64,000 nucleotides of DNA. Origin: an uncultured delta proteobacterium (GTDB lineage: Bacteria; Myxococcota_A; Polyangia; Polyangiales; Polyangiaceae). Under the pieces are notes generated by a model. The model did not search any database, had not been told where the DNA came from, and was given only the letters and a program-made list of their open reading frames with translations. The position numbers were made by a program, and so were the translations under genes. Of the stretch, positions 9,974-19,805 are shown one piece after another. The stretch spans positions 768,001 to 832,000 of the forward strand of contig CAWDXG010000004.1 in assembly GCA_963806225.1 (NCBI GenBank), in the 5' to 3' direction. Every line of letters begins with the position of its first letter. The first letter of the stretch is position 1.

Positions 9974-11113
9974 ATGGGCATCGAGATCCGACAGCACAAG
10001 CCCGGCAGGGATACGAAGGACTTCATCCGAGCCGGGTTCGAGGTGTTCCGCGGCGACAAGAACTGGGTGCCGCCGCTCGATCTGGTCATCCGCGAGCGGC
10101 TGAACCCGAAGAAGGACCCCGTCCACCGCCATGCGGACGTGGCGCTCTTCACCGCGTGGAAGGACGGACGGCTCGTGGGGCGCACGTCGGCCACCGTGGA
10201 CCGCGCCTGGCTCGAGACGTGGAAGGACGAGACCGGGCATTTCGGCTACTTCGACACGATCAACGACGAGGCAGTCGCCAAGGCGTTGCTCCAGCGCGCC
10301 GAGGAATGGGTCAAGCAGAAGGGCATGAAGCGCATCAACGGCCCGATGTCCCTGAACGCCGCTCAGGAGATCGGCGTCTTGATCGAGGGCTTCGAGTACC
10401 CCCCGATGATCGACATGGCGCATTCGCGCGACTACCAGGGCGCTCTGGCCGAGGCCTCGGGCTACACGAAGGAAAAGGACCTCTACTGCTGGCGCTACGA
10501 CGTGAAGTCGGGCTTCAACGCCCGCACCCAGAAGGCCTGGGACACGGTGAAAGGGTTGCCGGAGGTCCGCCTGCGCAGCGTGGACACGAAGAACCTGCGT
10601 CAGGAGCTGGGGACGGTGATGGATATCTACAACGAGACGTGGGCCGGCAAGTGGGCCTACGTCCCCATCACCAGCGAAGAGCTCGACAAGATGGCCGACG
10701 ACCTGTCGCTCGTGATCGATCCGGACATCGCGTTCATCGCCGAGATCGACGGCGAGCCCGCGGGCATGTGCATCACGGTCCCCAACCTCAACGAGGTCAT
10801 CGCCGACCTCGACGGTCGCCTGCTTCCCCTGGGCTGGGCGAAGTTGCTCTGGCGCACCAAGGTCAGAAGGCCGCGCTCGACGCGCCTCATCCTGCTCGGT
10901 GTACGCGAGAAGTTCCGCAAGAACGTCAAGCGCTACGGCGCGCTTTCCGCCGCGATGTACGTCGAGGTGGCCAAGCGCGGGAAGCAGAAGGGCTACCAGT
11001 GGGCGGAGCTCAGCTGGACGCGCGAGGACGACGCGCCGATCAACCTCGGCATCCGCTCGATGGGCGCGAAAATCTACAAGAAGTATCGCGTCTACGAGAA
11101 GCAGCTCGGCTGA
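9974..11113 (+). CDS. Tandem-GNAT N-acyltransferase, YghO / bacterial ceramide synthase (bCerS)-like
   Basis: GDKNWVPPL, GHFGYFD, GP...EIGVLIEGF..PP, GY.K.KDL, PNLN...GRLLPLGW.KLL and ELSWTREDD...YRVYEK motifs. Confidence 0.7.
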   Translation: MGIEIRQHKPGRDTKDFIRAGFEVFRGDKNWVPPLDLVIRERLNPKKDPVHRHADVALFTAWKDGRLVGRTSATVDRAWLETWKDETGHFGYFDTINDEAVAKALLQRAEEWVKQKGMKRINGPMSLNAAQEIGVLIEGFEYPPMIDMAHSRDYQGALAEASGYTKEKDLYCWRYDVKSGFNARTQKAWDTVKGLPEVRLRSVDTKNLRQELGTVMDIYNETWAGKWAYVPITSEELDKMADDLSLVIDPDIAFIAEIDGEPAGMCITVPNLNEVIADLDGRLLPLGWAKLLWRTKVRRPRSTRLILLGVREKFRKNVKRYGALSAAMYVEVAKRGKQKGYQWAELSWTREDDAPINLGIRSMGAKIYKKYRVYEKQLG

Positions 11114-11143
11114 GCGGCCCGGCGTCGTCCGGGCGGCCCGGAG

Positions 11144-11923
11144 CTACGCCTTCTTCATGTACAAAGCGAACGCCGCACCCTGCGGGTCGCGCGCCTGGAC
11201 GACCATGTCGCCACCCGGTACCTCCATCGGACCGTTCATGACCGTACCGCCAAGCGACTCGGTGCGCCTCGCCGCGGCGTCGATATCGGGAACACCGATG
11301 TAGTAGGTCCAGTGGGGCGGGAAGCCGTGGACCTTGGCCATGTTCGACATGCCTCCACGGGTCCGTTCACCCTTGCCGCTCTCGAACATGAAGTAGGTCC
11401 CCATCTCCGGGCCCATCTCGAACGACTCGGTGTGCTTCCAACCGGCGAGCTTCGAGTAGAACTTCCAGGCCGACGCGTGGTCGGTGGTGTTCAGCTCGTT
11501 CCACGCGACTTCACCGACCCCCGGTGCACCCCTGTCTGGAGCGTTCGTCATCTCCAGCGCAAACAGTCCGATGACCGCCCCTTCTGGGTCGGCAATGACG
11601 GCGAAGCTCCCGACGCCCGGCATCTGATGCACGTGACCCATCTGCCTGCCGCCCAGCTCGACGACCTGCGACACGGCCTGCTCCGCATTGTCGACACCGA
11701 GGTAGCCGAGCCAGGAAGGCGGCGCCCCCATCTTCTTCGCCTCGTCAGGCAGCAGCATCAGGCCCGCAGCCCGCGCTTCGCCGACGCAGAGCAGCGTGTA
11801 CGCCATCGGCCCCGGCGCGTCCTTCGCTGTCCAGCCCACCACCTCGCCGTAGAAAGCCTTCGCTGCCTCAACGTCGCTCGTCAGAAGCTCGTACCAGACA
11901 AACCGCCCGTTCAACCCGGCCAT
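11144..11923 (-). CDS. VOC / glyoxalase-bleomycin resistance family protein (two domains)
   Basis: FVWYEL.T.D.EAAKAFY and DPEGA/DPQGA motifs repeated twice; SD GAGGAGG upstream. Confidence 0.9.
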   Translation of the reverse strand: MAGLNGRFVWYELLTSDVEAAKAFYGEVVGWTAKDAPGPMAYTLLCVGEARAAGLMLLPDEAKKMGAPPSWLGYLGVDNAEQAVSQVVELGGRQMGHVHQMPGVGSFAVIADPEGAVIGLFALEMTNAPDRGAPGVGEVAWNELNTTDHASAWKFYSKLAGWKHTESFEMGPEMGTYFMFESGKGERTRGGMSNMAKVHGFPPHWTYYIGVPDIDAAARRTESLGGTVMNGPMEVPGGDMVVQARDPQGAAFALYMKKA

Positions 11924-12091
11924 GTCAATCCCTCCTCGCCCGGGGACAGCCCCCGGGGGGGGGGAGTATAGCTCGACGCCAGCCACGCGGTCAGGCGTGC
12001 GGACTGCGCGGGGCCCCTCCCCCTCACGCACTTGCTGCGCGTTCCCGACGCCGGAGAGGCCGCCCAGGAACACACGCACGGGAGCCGCGCC

Positions 12092-12107
12092 TGGCGCACA
12101 CCTTGCA
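12092..12107 (+). promoter_or_regulatory. Putative sigma54 -24/-12 promoter
   Basis: TGGCGCACACCTTGCA is GG-N10-GC with TGGC and TTGCA consensus ends, just upstream of the ATG at 12121. Confidence 0.55.
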
Positions 12108-12120
12108 CGGGTGCGCCGGA

Positions 12121-13452
12121 ATGGGGGGACTGCGGCACGTTGTTGTCATCGGCCTGAACGACTTCCACCGGGCGCGGCTTGCGACGCTGACTCGCGCTGC
12201 CGAGCTCCGGTTCCACGGCGTGCTGGCAATGGAGGACGTCACCGACGCCCCGAGCTACGACATGCCGGCGCTCCTCTCGCGGGCCGAGCGCGAGATCCGC
12301 GCCCTGCCCTTCAAGGTCGACGCGGTCGTTTCCCACTACGACTTCCCCGCGAGCACGATGCTCCCGATCCTGTGCCGGCGGCTGGGTCTGCCCACGCCGT
12401 CGCTCGAGAGCGTCCTCAAGTGCGAGCACAAGTACTGGAGCCGGCTCGAGCAGCACAAGGTCATACCCGATCGGATCCCGCCGTTCTGCCTGGTCGATCC
12501 CTTCGACCCGGAGGCAAAGAACCGCATCAACCTGCCGTTCCCCTTCTGGCTCAAGCCGGTGAAGTCACTCGGCTCCTACCTCGGCCACCGCATCGACAGC
12601 GCGCCGGCGCTCGAACGCGCGCTCGGCAGGATCCGCGCGCACATCGCCCGCCTCGCCGAACCGTTCGATCTCGTGCTGGAACACGCGGTCCTGCCGCCGG
12701 AAATCGCGCAGGTGACGGGGAGGCACTGCATCGCCGAGGGCTACGTCACGGGCAAGCAGTGCACGCTCGAAGGCTACGTCTTCGATGGTGCTCCACACGT
12801 CTATGGCATCGTCGATTCGCTACGCTACCCGAACGGCTCTTCCTTCGAGCGCTACCAGTACCCGTCGCGGCTGCCGCGCAGTGTACAGCGGCGCATGATC
12901 GACACTGCGGACGCGGTCCTCCGGCAGATCGGGCTCGACCGCTCGGCGTTCGACATGGAGTTCTTCTACGACGAGCCGAACGACCGCATCTGGTCGCTCG
13001 AGATCAATCCGAGGATCTCCCAGTCGCACTGTGTCCTGTTCGAGCGAGTGCACGGCGCCTCGCACCAGGAAGTGATGGTCGATCTCGCGTTGGGGCGACG
13101 ACCTGACTACCCGCCGGCGGGCGAGGGCCCGTTCAAGGTCTCCGCGAAGTTCATGCTCCGTGAGACCCGCGACGGCATCGTCGCGGGCGTTCCCTCGGCG
13201 GACAAGCTCGCCAGAATCGAGCGTTCCCTGCCCGGAACCGTGATCCAGCTCAACGTCGCCGAGGGGGTGCGGCTGGCACACCTCGAGGAGCAGGACAGCT
13301 ACATGTACCAGATCGCGGAGATCTACACGGCCGGCAACAGCGTGCGTGAACTGGTCCAGAAGTACCGCGCCTGCGTCGAGTCGCTCGGCATCCGCCTCGT
13401 CGAACCGTCGCCATCGAGCTTGGCCCGGGGGCACACAGCGGGGGCGGCGTGA
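12121..13452 (+). CDS. ATP-grasp domain ligase (paralog 1)
   Basis: CEHKYWSR, FPFWLKPVKS, IAE...G.QCTLEG and LEINPRISQSH motifs. Confidence 0.85.
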   Translation: MGGLRHVVVIGLNDFHRARLATLTRAAELRFHGVLAMEDVTDAPSYDMPALLSRAEREIRALPFKVDAVVSHYDFPASTMLPILCRRLGLPTPSLESVLKCEHKYWSRLEQHKVIPDRIPPFCLVDPFDPEAKNRINLPFPFWLKPVKSLGSYLGHRIDSAPALERALGRIRAHIARLAEPFDLVLEHAVLPPEIAQVTGRHCIAEGYVTGKQCTLEGYVFDGAPHVYGIVDSLRYPNGSSFERYQYPSRLPRSVQRRMIDTADAVLRQIGLDRSAFDMEFFYDEPNDRIWSLEINPRISQSHCVLFERVHGASHQEVMVDLALGRRPDYPPAGEGPFKVSAKFMLRETRDGIVAGVPSADKLARIERSLPGTVIQLNVAEGVRLAHLEEQDSYMYQIAEIYTAGNSVRELVQKYRACVESLGIRLVEPSPSSLARGHTAGAA

Positions 13453-14795
13453 CGACGGAAGCCCGCCGCCACGTCTTCTTGATCGGCCTCGACAGCTTTC
13501 ATCGAAAAATGCTCGCCGCGCTGTCGCACGCGGACGAGTACGAGTTCCACCCGCTGCTCGAACACCACGAGCTCACCGATCAGGCGAGCTACCCCGTCGA
13601 CCACCTCATCGACAAGGCGCTCCGCGAGATCAGGTCCTTTCCCGGCCGCGTCGACGCGGTCGTCGCGTACATGGACTTTCCGGCCAGCACGATGCTCCCC
13701 GTTCTTTGTCGTGAGCTCGGCTTGCCGTCTGCGTCTCTGGAGAGCGTACTCGCCTGCGAGCACAAGTACTGGAGCCGACTGGAGCAGAGCAAGGTCGTGC
13801 CGGAAGCCGTTCCACGCTTCTCGCTGGTCGATCCGTTCGCGGCAGTCGACGCGCCGCCCCTGCCGTTTCCGTTCTGGATCAAGCCCGTCAAGTCCTGGGG
13901 CTCGGTTCTGGGCTTCCGCATCGCGAATCGCCGTGACTACCAGCGGGCGCTCGAGACCTTCCGCGCGAACATCGAGCGGATAGGCGAGCCCTTCAACTCG
14001 CTGCTCCGCCGGGCGCGGCTTCCGCCGGAGGTCGCCCCGGCCGACGGCTGCCACTGCATCGCGGAGGAGATCCTGTCCGGCCGACAGTGCACGCTCGAAG
14101 GCTACGTGCTCGGTGGCCAGGTCCGCTTCTACGGCGCCGTCGATTCCATCCGCTACCACAACAGCTCGACGTTCTCGCGCTACGAGTACCCTGCGCGTCT
14201 GCCCCGCGCCGTCGTCGAGCGCATGCAGAACGTGGTGCAGCGGTGTCTCGGGCGGATCGGGCTGGACCGCTCCGCCTTCAACGCGGAGCTTCTGTGGAAC
14301 GCCTCGCAGGACCATGTGTCGTTGCTCGAGATCAATACCCGGGTGGCACAACACCATGGCGATCTGTTCGAGAAGGTCGACGGTCGCTCGAATCTGGAAG
14401 TCGCGGTCGAGGTCGCGCTCGGCCGCGAGCCGGTGATGGCCCACCGACGCGGCGCATTTGGTGCGGCGGCCGCCTTTTTCTGGCGACGGTTCGAGGACGG
14501 CGTCGTGACCCACGTCCCCAGCCGCCAGCGGATCCGCGCGCTCGAGCGCCGCTTCCCGTCGACCGTGGTGGAGCTGCTCGTCCAGCGCGGGACGCGCCTG
14601 TCCGACCTCGTCGAACAGGACAGCTACAGCTACGCTTGCGCCATGACCTACGTGGGGGCACGCGACCATCGCGAACTGCTCGACAAGTACGCGCAGATCA
14701 CCCGGGCGCTGGATTTCCGGTTTTCCCGGCCCGTCGCCACGCGCCGCCCGACCGTCGCCCGACGGCCCCACGGGCTCGACATGGAGGCACCATGA
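13449..14795 (+). CDS. ATP-grasp domain ligase (paralog 2)
   Basis: Same motif set (CEHKYWSR, PFWIKPVKS, QCTLEG, LEINTR, EQDSYSY); GTGA overlap with paralog 1. Confidence 0.85.
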   Translation: MTTEARRHVFLIGLDSFHRKMLAALSHADEYEFHPLLEHHELTDQASYPVDHLIDKALREIRSFPGRVDAVVAYMDFPASTMLPVLCRELGLPSASLESVLACEHKYWSRLEQSKVVPEAVPRFSLVDPFAAVDAPPLPFPFWIKPVKSWGSVLGFRIANRRDYQRALETFRANIERIGEPFNSLLRRARLPPEVAPADGCHCIAEEILSGRQCTLEGYVLGGQVRFYGAVDSIRYHNSSTFSRYEYPARLPRAVVERMQNVVQRCLGRIGLDRSAFNAELLWNASQDHVSLLEINTRVAQHHGDLFEKVDGRSNLEVAVEVALGREPVMAHRRGAFGAAAAFFWRRFEDGVVTHVPSRQRIRALERRFPSTVVELLVQRGTRLSDLVEQDSYSYACAMTYVGARDHRELLDKYAQITRALDFRFSRPVATRRPTVARRPHGLDMEAP

Positions 14796-16813
14796 AGACC
14801 GTCACGGAGCTCCCCAACCCTATCCACTGCATCGAGACAGCGTGGATCCCGATGCCGGACGGCTGCAAGCTGGCAGCCCGCATCTGGCTCCCGGACGACG
14901 CAGAGCAGAACCCGGTGCCGGCGGTTCTGGAATACATCCCCTACCGTCGCCGTGATCACACGCGGGCGCGCGATGCGCTGATGATGCCGTATACCGCGGG
15001 ACACGGCTACGCGTGCCTGCGCGTCGACCTGCGCGGCAGCGGCGACTCCGACGGCGTGCTGCTGGACGAGTATCTAGAGCAGGAGCAGGACGACGCGCTC
15101 GAAGTGCTGCGCTGGATCGCCGCGCAGCCGTGGTGCGACGGCAGCGTCGGCATCATCGGGATCTCCTGGGGCGGGTTCAACGGGCTGCAGATTGCCGCGC
15201 GGCGTCCTCCCGAGCTCAAAGCGGTGATCAGCGCCTGCTTCACGGACGACCGCTACGCCGACGACGTGCACTATATGGGAGGCTGCCTGCTGGGCGACAA
15301 CCTGTCCTGGGCGTCGGTGATGTTCGCGTTCAACTCGTGCCCGCCGGATCCTCTGGTCGTCGGCGAGCGCTGGCGGACGATGTGGTTCGAGCGACTCGAG
15401 AAGAGCGGGCTGTGGCTCGAGAAGTGGATGCGCCACCCGCACCGGGATGCCTACTGGAAACACGGCTCGGTCTGCGAAGACTACTCGAGCATCGAAACGC
15501 CGGTGCTGGCGATCAGCGGCTGGGCGGACGGCTACTCCAACGCCGTATTCCGGCTGCTCGCCAATCTCGGGGGCTCTCACCGCGGCCTCATCGGGCCGTG
15601 GAGCCACGCCTACCCACACCTCGGAAAGCCCGGTCCGGCGATCGGCTTCCTGCAGGAGGCCGTCCGCTGGTGGGACCATTGGCTCAAGGGCATCGACCGC
15701 GCGGTGGACAAGGAGCCGAGACTCCGCGTGTGGATGCAGGACAGTGTTCCACCACACCCCAGCTACAAGGAGCGGCCGGGGCGCTGGGTCGCGGAAGATT
15801 CGTGGCCATCGCCACGGATCGGTCCAAAAACGTACGCTTTCGGAAAGAACCGGCTCGTCCCGTTGGGGGAGCGCGTGTCGAAGGCGCCGCTGACGTTCCA
15901 GTCCCCGCTCAGCGTGGGGCTGTTTGCAGGAAAGTGGTGCTCGTACGCCGCGCCTCCCGATCTGCCGCACGACCAGCGCGAGGAGGACGGCGGAGCGCTG
16001 GTCTTCGATACCGATCCGCTCGACGAGCCGCTCGAGATCCTCGGCGCGCCCGTGGTCGACCTCGAGCTGTCGTCGGCAGGCCCGGTGGCCATGGTCGCCG
16101 TGAGGCTCTCGGACATCGCTCCCAACGGGGATGCGACGCGCGTGACCTACGGGCTTCTGAACCTCACCCACCGCGACAGCCACGAGCAGCCGAGCTCGCT
16201 CGTCCCAGGGGAGCGCTATCGCGTCCGGGTCCAGCTGAACAACGTCGCGCAGCGCTTCCCGGCCGGGCATCGCATCCGCGTCGCCATCTCCACGTCGTAC
16301 TTCCCGCTCGCCTGGCCGCCTCCTTCACCTACCCCGCTGACGCTGTACCCGGCGGATTGTTCGCTTGTCCTTCCGACAAGGAAGCCCCGCGATGCCGACC
16401 AGCGGCTCCGGCCTTTTGACGACGCCGAGGCGACCGCACCCATCGCGAAGGAGGTCGTGGAGCCGGAGGATCACCGCTGGACCGTGACGCGCGACCTGGC
16501 CAACGACGTGTCCACGCTGGAGGTCGTGAAGGACGACGGCGTCGTGCGCCTCGAGGAGATCGACCTGGAGATCGGCGAATCCACCGTCGAGCGCTACAGC
16601 TACCGGCGGGGTGACTACTCCTCGGTGCGCGGAGAGGTCGTGAGCTTCCGGAGCTTCCGGAGGGACGGCTGGGACGTCCACACCGAGACCCGCACTGTGC
16701 TCACCTCCAACGAGACGCACTTCCACATCCACGCCAGCCTCGACGCCTACGAGGACGAACGCCGCGTCTTTTCGCGGAACTACAACTGCTCAATCCCCCG
16801 CGACGAGGCCTAG
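14792..16813 (+). CDS. CocE/NonD (peptidase S15) alpha/beta hydrolase
   Basis: LEYIPYR, DLRGSGDSDG, GISWGG nucleophile elbow, GPWSH and a PepX_C-like C-terminal domain; ATGA overlap. Confidence 0.9.
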   Translation: MKTVTELPNPIHCIETAWIPMPDGCKLAARIWLPDDAEQNPVPAVLEYIPYRRRDHTRARDALMMPYTAGHGYACLRVDLRGSGDSDGVLLDEYLEQEQDDALEVLRWIAAQPWCDGSVGIIGISWGGFNGLQIAARRPPELKAVISACFTDDRYADDVHYMGGCLLGDNLSWASVMFAFNSCPPDPLVVGERWRTMWFERLEKSGLWLEKWMRHPHRDAYWKHGSVCEDYSSIETPVLAISGWADGYSNAVFRLLANLGGSHRGLIGPWSHAYPHLGKPGPAIGFLQEAVRWWDHWLKGIDRAVDKEPRLRVWMQDSVPPHPSYKERPGRWVAEDSWPSPRIGPKTYAFGKNRLVPLGERVSKAPLTFQSPLSVGLFAGKWCSYAAPPDLPHDQREEDGGALVFDTDPLDEPLEILGAPVVDLELSSAGPVAMVAVRLSDIAPNGDATRVTYGLLNLTHRDSHEQPSSLVPGERYRVRVQLNNVAQRFPAGHRIRVAISTSYFPLAWPPPSPTPLTLYPADCSLVLPTRKPRDADQRLRPFDDAEATAPIAKEVVEPEDHRWTVTRDLANDVSTLEVVKDDGVVRLEEIDLEIGESTVERYSYRRGDYSSVRGEVVSFRSFRRDGWDVHTETRTVLTSNETHFHIHASLDAYEDERRVFSRNYNCSIPRDEA

Positions 16814-16868
16814 CCCCGAGCGGCTCTTCCGCGACCTGCCGGCCTTCCATCCGCTCCCGAAATGCGAA

Positions 16869-16889
16869 GAGGCCCCCACGGGGGGCCTC
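16869..16889 (-). terminator. Hairpin terminator downstream of tRNA-Asn (between convergent genes)
   Basis: Perfect 9-bp inverted repeat GAGGCCCCC-ACG-GGGGGCCTC, followed on the minus strand by TTCGCATTT. Confidence 0.65.
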
Positions 16890-16900
16890 GAGCACAGCGG

Positions 16901-16973
16901 CTCCAGCGGTTGGACTCGAACCAACGACCCGGCGGTTAACAGCCGCCTGCTCTACCAACTGAGCTACGCTGGA
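16901..16973 (-). tRNA. tRNA-Asn(GTT), CCA not encoded
   Basis: TCCAGCG acceptor stem, TAGCTCAGTTGGTAGAGC D-arm, anticodon loop CT-GTT-AA, GGTTCGAGTCC T-arm; followed by CCG. Confidence 0.96.
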
Positions 16974-16985
16974 ATGGGAGCGGGA

Positions 16986-17013
16986 AGACTAGTCGTGATG
17001 CGCGCTGCGTCAA
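16986..17013 (-). promoter_or_regulatory. Putative sigma70 promoter of tRNA-Asn
   Basis: TTGACG-N16-TAGTCT immediately upstream of the tRNA. Confidence 0.6.
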
Positions 17014-17085
17014 GCGCGGAAAAGCCTCCGGCGCGGGCGGCAGTTGACGGCGGCTCCGGACGGGTGCGATAGCGCGTTTTCCGCT

Positions 17086-18789
17086 GTGGCCGAGGAACAC
17101 CACGACCCCCCGCCCCAGGTCAGCCAGCCTCCGGGCGCGGAGGGCCAGGAGCCGTCGCCCGAGCAGACCGAGCGCGGCGCTGCGAGCGCCGTCGCCCTGG
17201 ATGCCGAGTCGCCCGCCGAGGAAGCTGCAGCGGCCGCGAGAGCCGCCGAAGTCGATGGTAGCGATCACGAGGTGACGCGCAAGGCAGGCCGCGGCGGGCT
17301 CGCGGTCGCGTTCGCGAAGATCTACTTCATGATGCAGGGGCTGCTCTCGCAGATCGCCCTGCCCCGCGTGCTCGGCATGGGCGGCTACGGCGCGCTGGCG
17401 AGCATCCTGTCGATCGGCAGCATCGTCTATAACCCCATCATCGCAACGTCGATCCAGGGCGTCAGCCGCGGCGTCGCCCAGACACCCGACGCCGATCAGC
17501 CCGCTGCCGTCCGCGGCACGCTGAAGATCCACGCTTTCTGCACCGCTCCCATCGCAGTCGCGTTCTTCTTCCTGGCAGGGCCCGTCGGCCGCGCCATCGG
17601 AGCGCCGCACATCATCCTGGGCCTCAGGATCATGGCCGGCGTGCTGTTCTTCTACGGCATGTACGCGCCCTTCATCGGCGTCCTGAACGGACAGAAGCTC
17701 TTCACGCGTCAGGCCGCTCTCGACATCACCGCCTCGACCCTGCGCACGGCCGCGATGATCACTGCGGCCTGGTTCTTCGCGACGCGCTTCGACTTCGGTC
17801 CGGAAGGCGCGGTGATCGGCTTCGTCGGTTCTTCCGCGGTCGTGTTCGGCATTGCGGTGGGTATCGCAGGTGTGGGGCGCAAGGGTCCGGGCGGGCCGGT
17901 CGTCTCCGACCACCTGAAGTTCATCGCGCCGCTGTATCTCGGACAGCTCCTGTTGCAGTTCCTGCTGCAGGCCGACCTCACCCTGCTCAGGACGTTTGCA
18001 GCCGGCTCCGCCGTCGCTGCGGGCCTGTCGGAACGCGCGGCCGATCCGCTCGTCGGTGCCTATCGCGCGACGCAGCTGTTCTGCTTTCTGCCCTACCAGC
18101 TGCTGCTCAGCGTGACGTTCATCCTGTTCCCGATGCTGGCCACGGCCTATCGCGACGGCGACCGCGCGGCGGTCAAGCGCTACGTACGCACGGGCGTTCG
18201 CCTGGCCATGGTCCTGGCCGGAGCGATGGTGAGCGTGACGTCGGGCCTCGCCGGTCCGCTGCTCAAGCTCGTGTTCCCGCCCCAGGCCGCCGAATACGGC
18301 ACGCGCTCGATGCAGCTTCTGACGATCGGTTTCGGCGCGTTCGCCATCTTCGGCATCATGACCGCGGTGCTGAACAGCCTGAAGCGCGAGCGCATGAGCG
18401 CGCTCATCACGGCCACGGCCTTCGGCCTGGTCGTGCTTCTGTGTTTCCTGCGCGTGCGCGGACAGCCGTTCGGCGCGGATCTGCTGTGGCGCACGGCCAT
18501 GTCCACGTCGGCTGGCCTCGCCATCGCCACGATCGGCGTCGCCATCATGGTCAAGCGCACCGCCGGCGGCGTCGCGCCGCTCGCCAGCCTGCTGCGCGTC
18601 GTGATCGCGATGGGCATCGCGATCACGGTCGGCCGCTACCTGCCCTATCACGGCAAGGTCCTCACCGTGGCCTATGCGCTGCTCGTCGGCGTCGTCTACG
18701 CCGCGGTGCTGCTCTTGACCCGCGAGCTCGGCAAGAGCGACCTGGAGATGGTGATGACCGTGGTGTCGCGGCGGAAGAAGACGGCGTAG
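17086..18789 (+). CDS. MOP-superfamily oligosaccharide/lipid flippase (SpoVB/MurJ/Wzx-like)
   Basis: About 14 TM helices; 'R.LG..GYG', 'AD...L' and 'G.Y.A...P.QL...ILFP' patterns. Start is uncertain. Confidence 0.75.
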   Translation: MAEEHHDPPPQVSQPPGAEGQEPSPEQTERGAASAVALDAESPAEEAAAAARAAEVDGSDHEVTRKAGRGGLAVAFAKIYFMMQGLLSQIALPRVLGMGGYGALASILSIGSIVYNPIIATSIQGVSRGVAQTPDADQPAAVRGTLKIHAFCTAPIAVAFFFLAGPVGRAIGAPHIILGLRIMAGVLFFYGMYAPFIGVLNGQKLFTRQAALDITASTLRTAAMITAAWFFATRFDFGPEGAVIGFVGSSAVVFGIAVGIAGVGRKGPGGPVVSDHLKFIAPLYLGQLLLQFLLQADLTLLRTFAAGSAVAAGLSERAADPLVGAYRATQLFCFLPYQLLLSVTFILFPMLATAYRDGDRAAVKRYVRTGVRLAMVLAGAMVSVTSGLAGPLLKLVFPPQAAEYGTRSMQLLTIGFGAFAIFGIMTAVLNSLKRERMSALITATAFGLVVLLCFLRVRGQPFGADLLWRTAMSTSAGLAIATIGVAIMVKRTAGGVAPLASLLRVVIAMGIAITVGRYLPYHGKVLTVAYALLVGVVYAAVLLLTRELGKSDLEMVMTVVSRRKKTA

Positions 18790-18806
18790 CGCCCACCCGC
18801 GCCGGC

Positions 18807-19805
18807 CTACGGCTCGTCCTGGACCGGCTCCCCTTGTTCTTCCGCGTCGCTGCCGGCGTCCGCACTTCTGGCGCCGTCTGATTCGATCGCCTCGCGCACG
18901 AACAGATCTTCCAGCGTCTCGTGACGGGGCGTGACCTCGGCGATATTGGCGCCGGCCTCCAGGGCCTTCTGGAGCAGCTGATCGAGCCTGGCACGGCCCT
19001 CGACTTCGACGACCAGGCGCTCGCGGACGCGGCTGGTCTTGTGACCGGCGTCGCGGCAAGCGGTCTCGAAGGCCTCGCTGGCGCCCAGCAGGACCACGTC
19101 GGTGCGTTGCGCTTCGCTCCTGAGGAGCTCGTCCAGCCGGCCGCTGACGACCACACTGCCGCGGCGCAGGATGGCCACGCGATCGCACATCGTTTCCACG
19201 TCGCTGAGGATGTGCGTGGAAAAGAAGATGGTGCGACCACCGGCGCGCTCGGAGACGATGAGATCGCGCACTTCCTTGCGGCCGACGGGATCGAGACCGC
19301 TCATCGGCTCGTCGAGGATGAGCAGCTCCGGATCCGCTACCAGCGCTGCGGCGAGACCCGTGCGCTGCAGCATGCCTTTCGACAGCCGCCGGACGGCCCG
19401 GTCCGCGGCGTACAGGATGCCGACCTGGTCGAGCACCTTGCGCGTGCGGTCGCGCACGGCGCGGCGCGACAGCCCCGAGAGCCGCCCGCACATCTCCACG
19501 AACTCGGTCGGCGTCAGGTACGGATACACGTAGGGGTTTTCGGGAAGGAACCCGACGCGCGCCATCGCCTTCGAGCTCGGCACCGGCTCACCGAAGATCC
19601 GACCACTGCCACCGGTGGGAAAGATGAGACCGGTCAGCATCTTGATGGTGGTGGTCTTGCCGGCGCCGTTGGGTCCGAGGAAGCCGAAGATGTCGCCGCG
19701 CCGGACCTCGAACGAGATGCCCTTCACGGCCTCGACCCGGCGCATGGTCAGCCCCAGCCGGAAGACCTTCCTCAGGCGGTCGACCCGGATCAAAGCTTCC
19801 GTCAC
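18807..19805 (-). CDS. ABC transporter ATP-binding protein
   Basis: GPNGAGKTT Walker A, LSKGM signature, ILDEP Walker B, STH H-loop. Confidence 0.92.
   Translation of the reverse strand: MTEALIRVDRLRKVFRLGLTMRRVEAVKGISFEVRRGDIFGFLGPNGAGKTTTIKMLTGLIFPTGGSGRIFGEPVPSSKAMARVGFLPENPYVYPYLTPTEFVEMCGRLSGLSRRAVRDRTRKVLDQVGILYAADRAVRRLSKGMLQRTGLAAALVADPELLILDEPMSGLDPVGRKEVRDLIVSERAGGRTIFFSTHILSDVETMCDRVAILRRGSVVVSGRLDELLRSEAQRTDVVLLGASEAFETACRDAGHKTSRVRERLVVEVEGRARLDQLLQKALEAGANIAEVTPRHETLEDLFVREAIESDGARSADAGSDAEEQGEPVQDEP

Noticed and set aside
11144..16973. Genomic island integrated at tRNA-Asn
   Set aside because: No integrase, no duplicated tRNA 3' end noticed in the window, and no obvious compositional shift.
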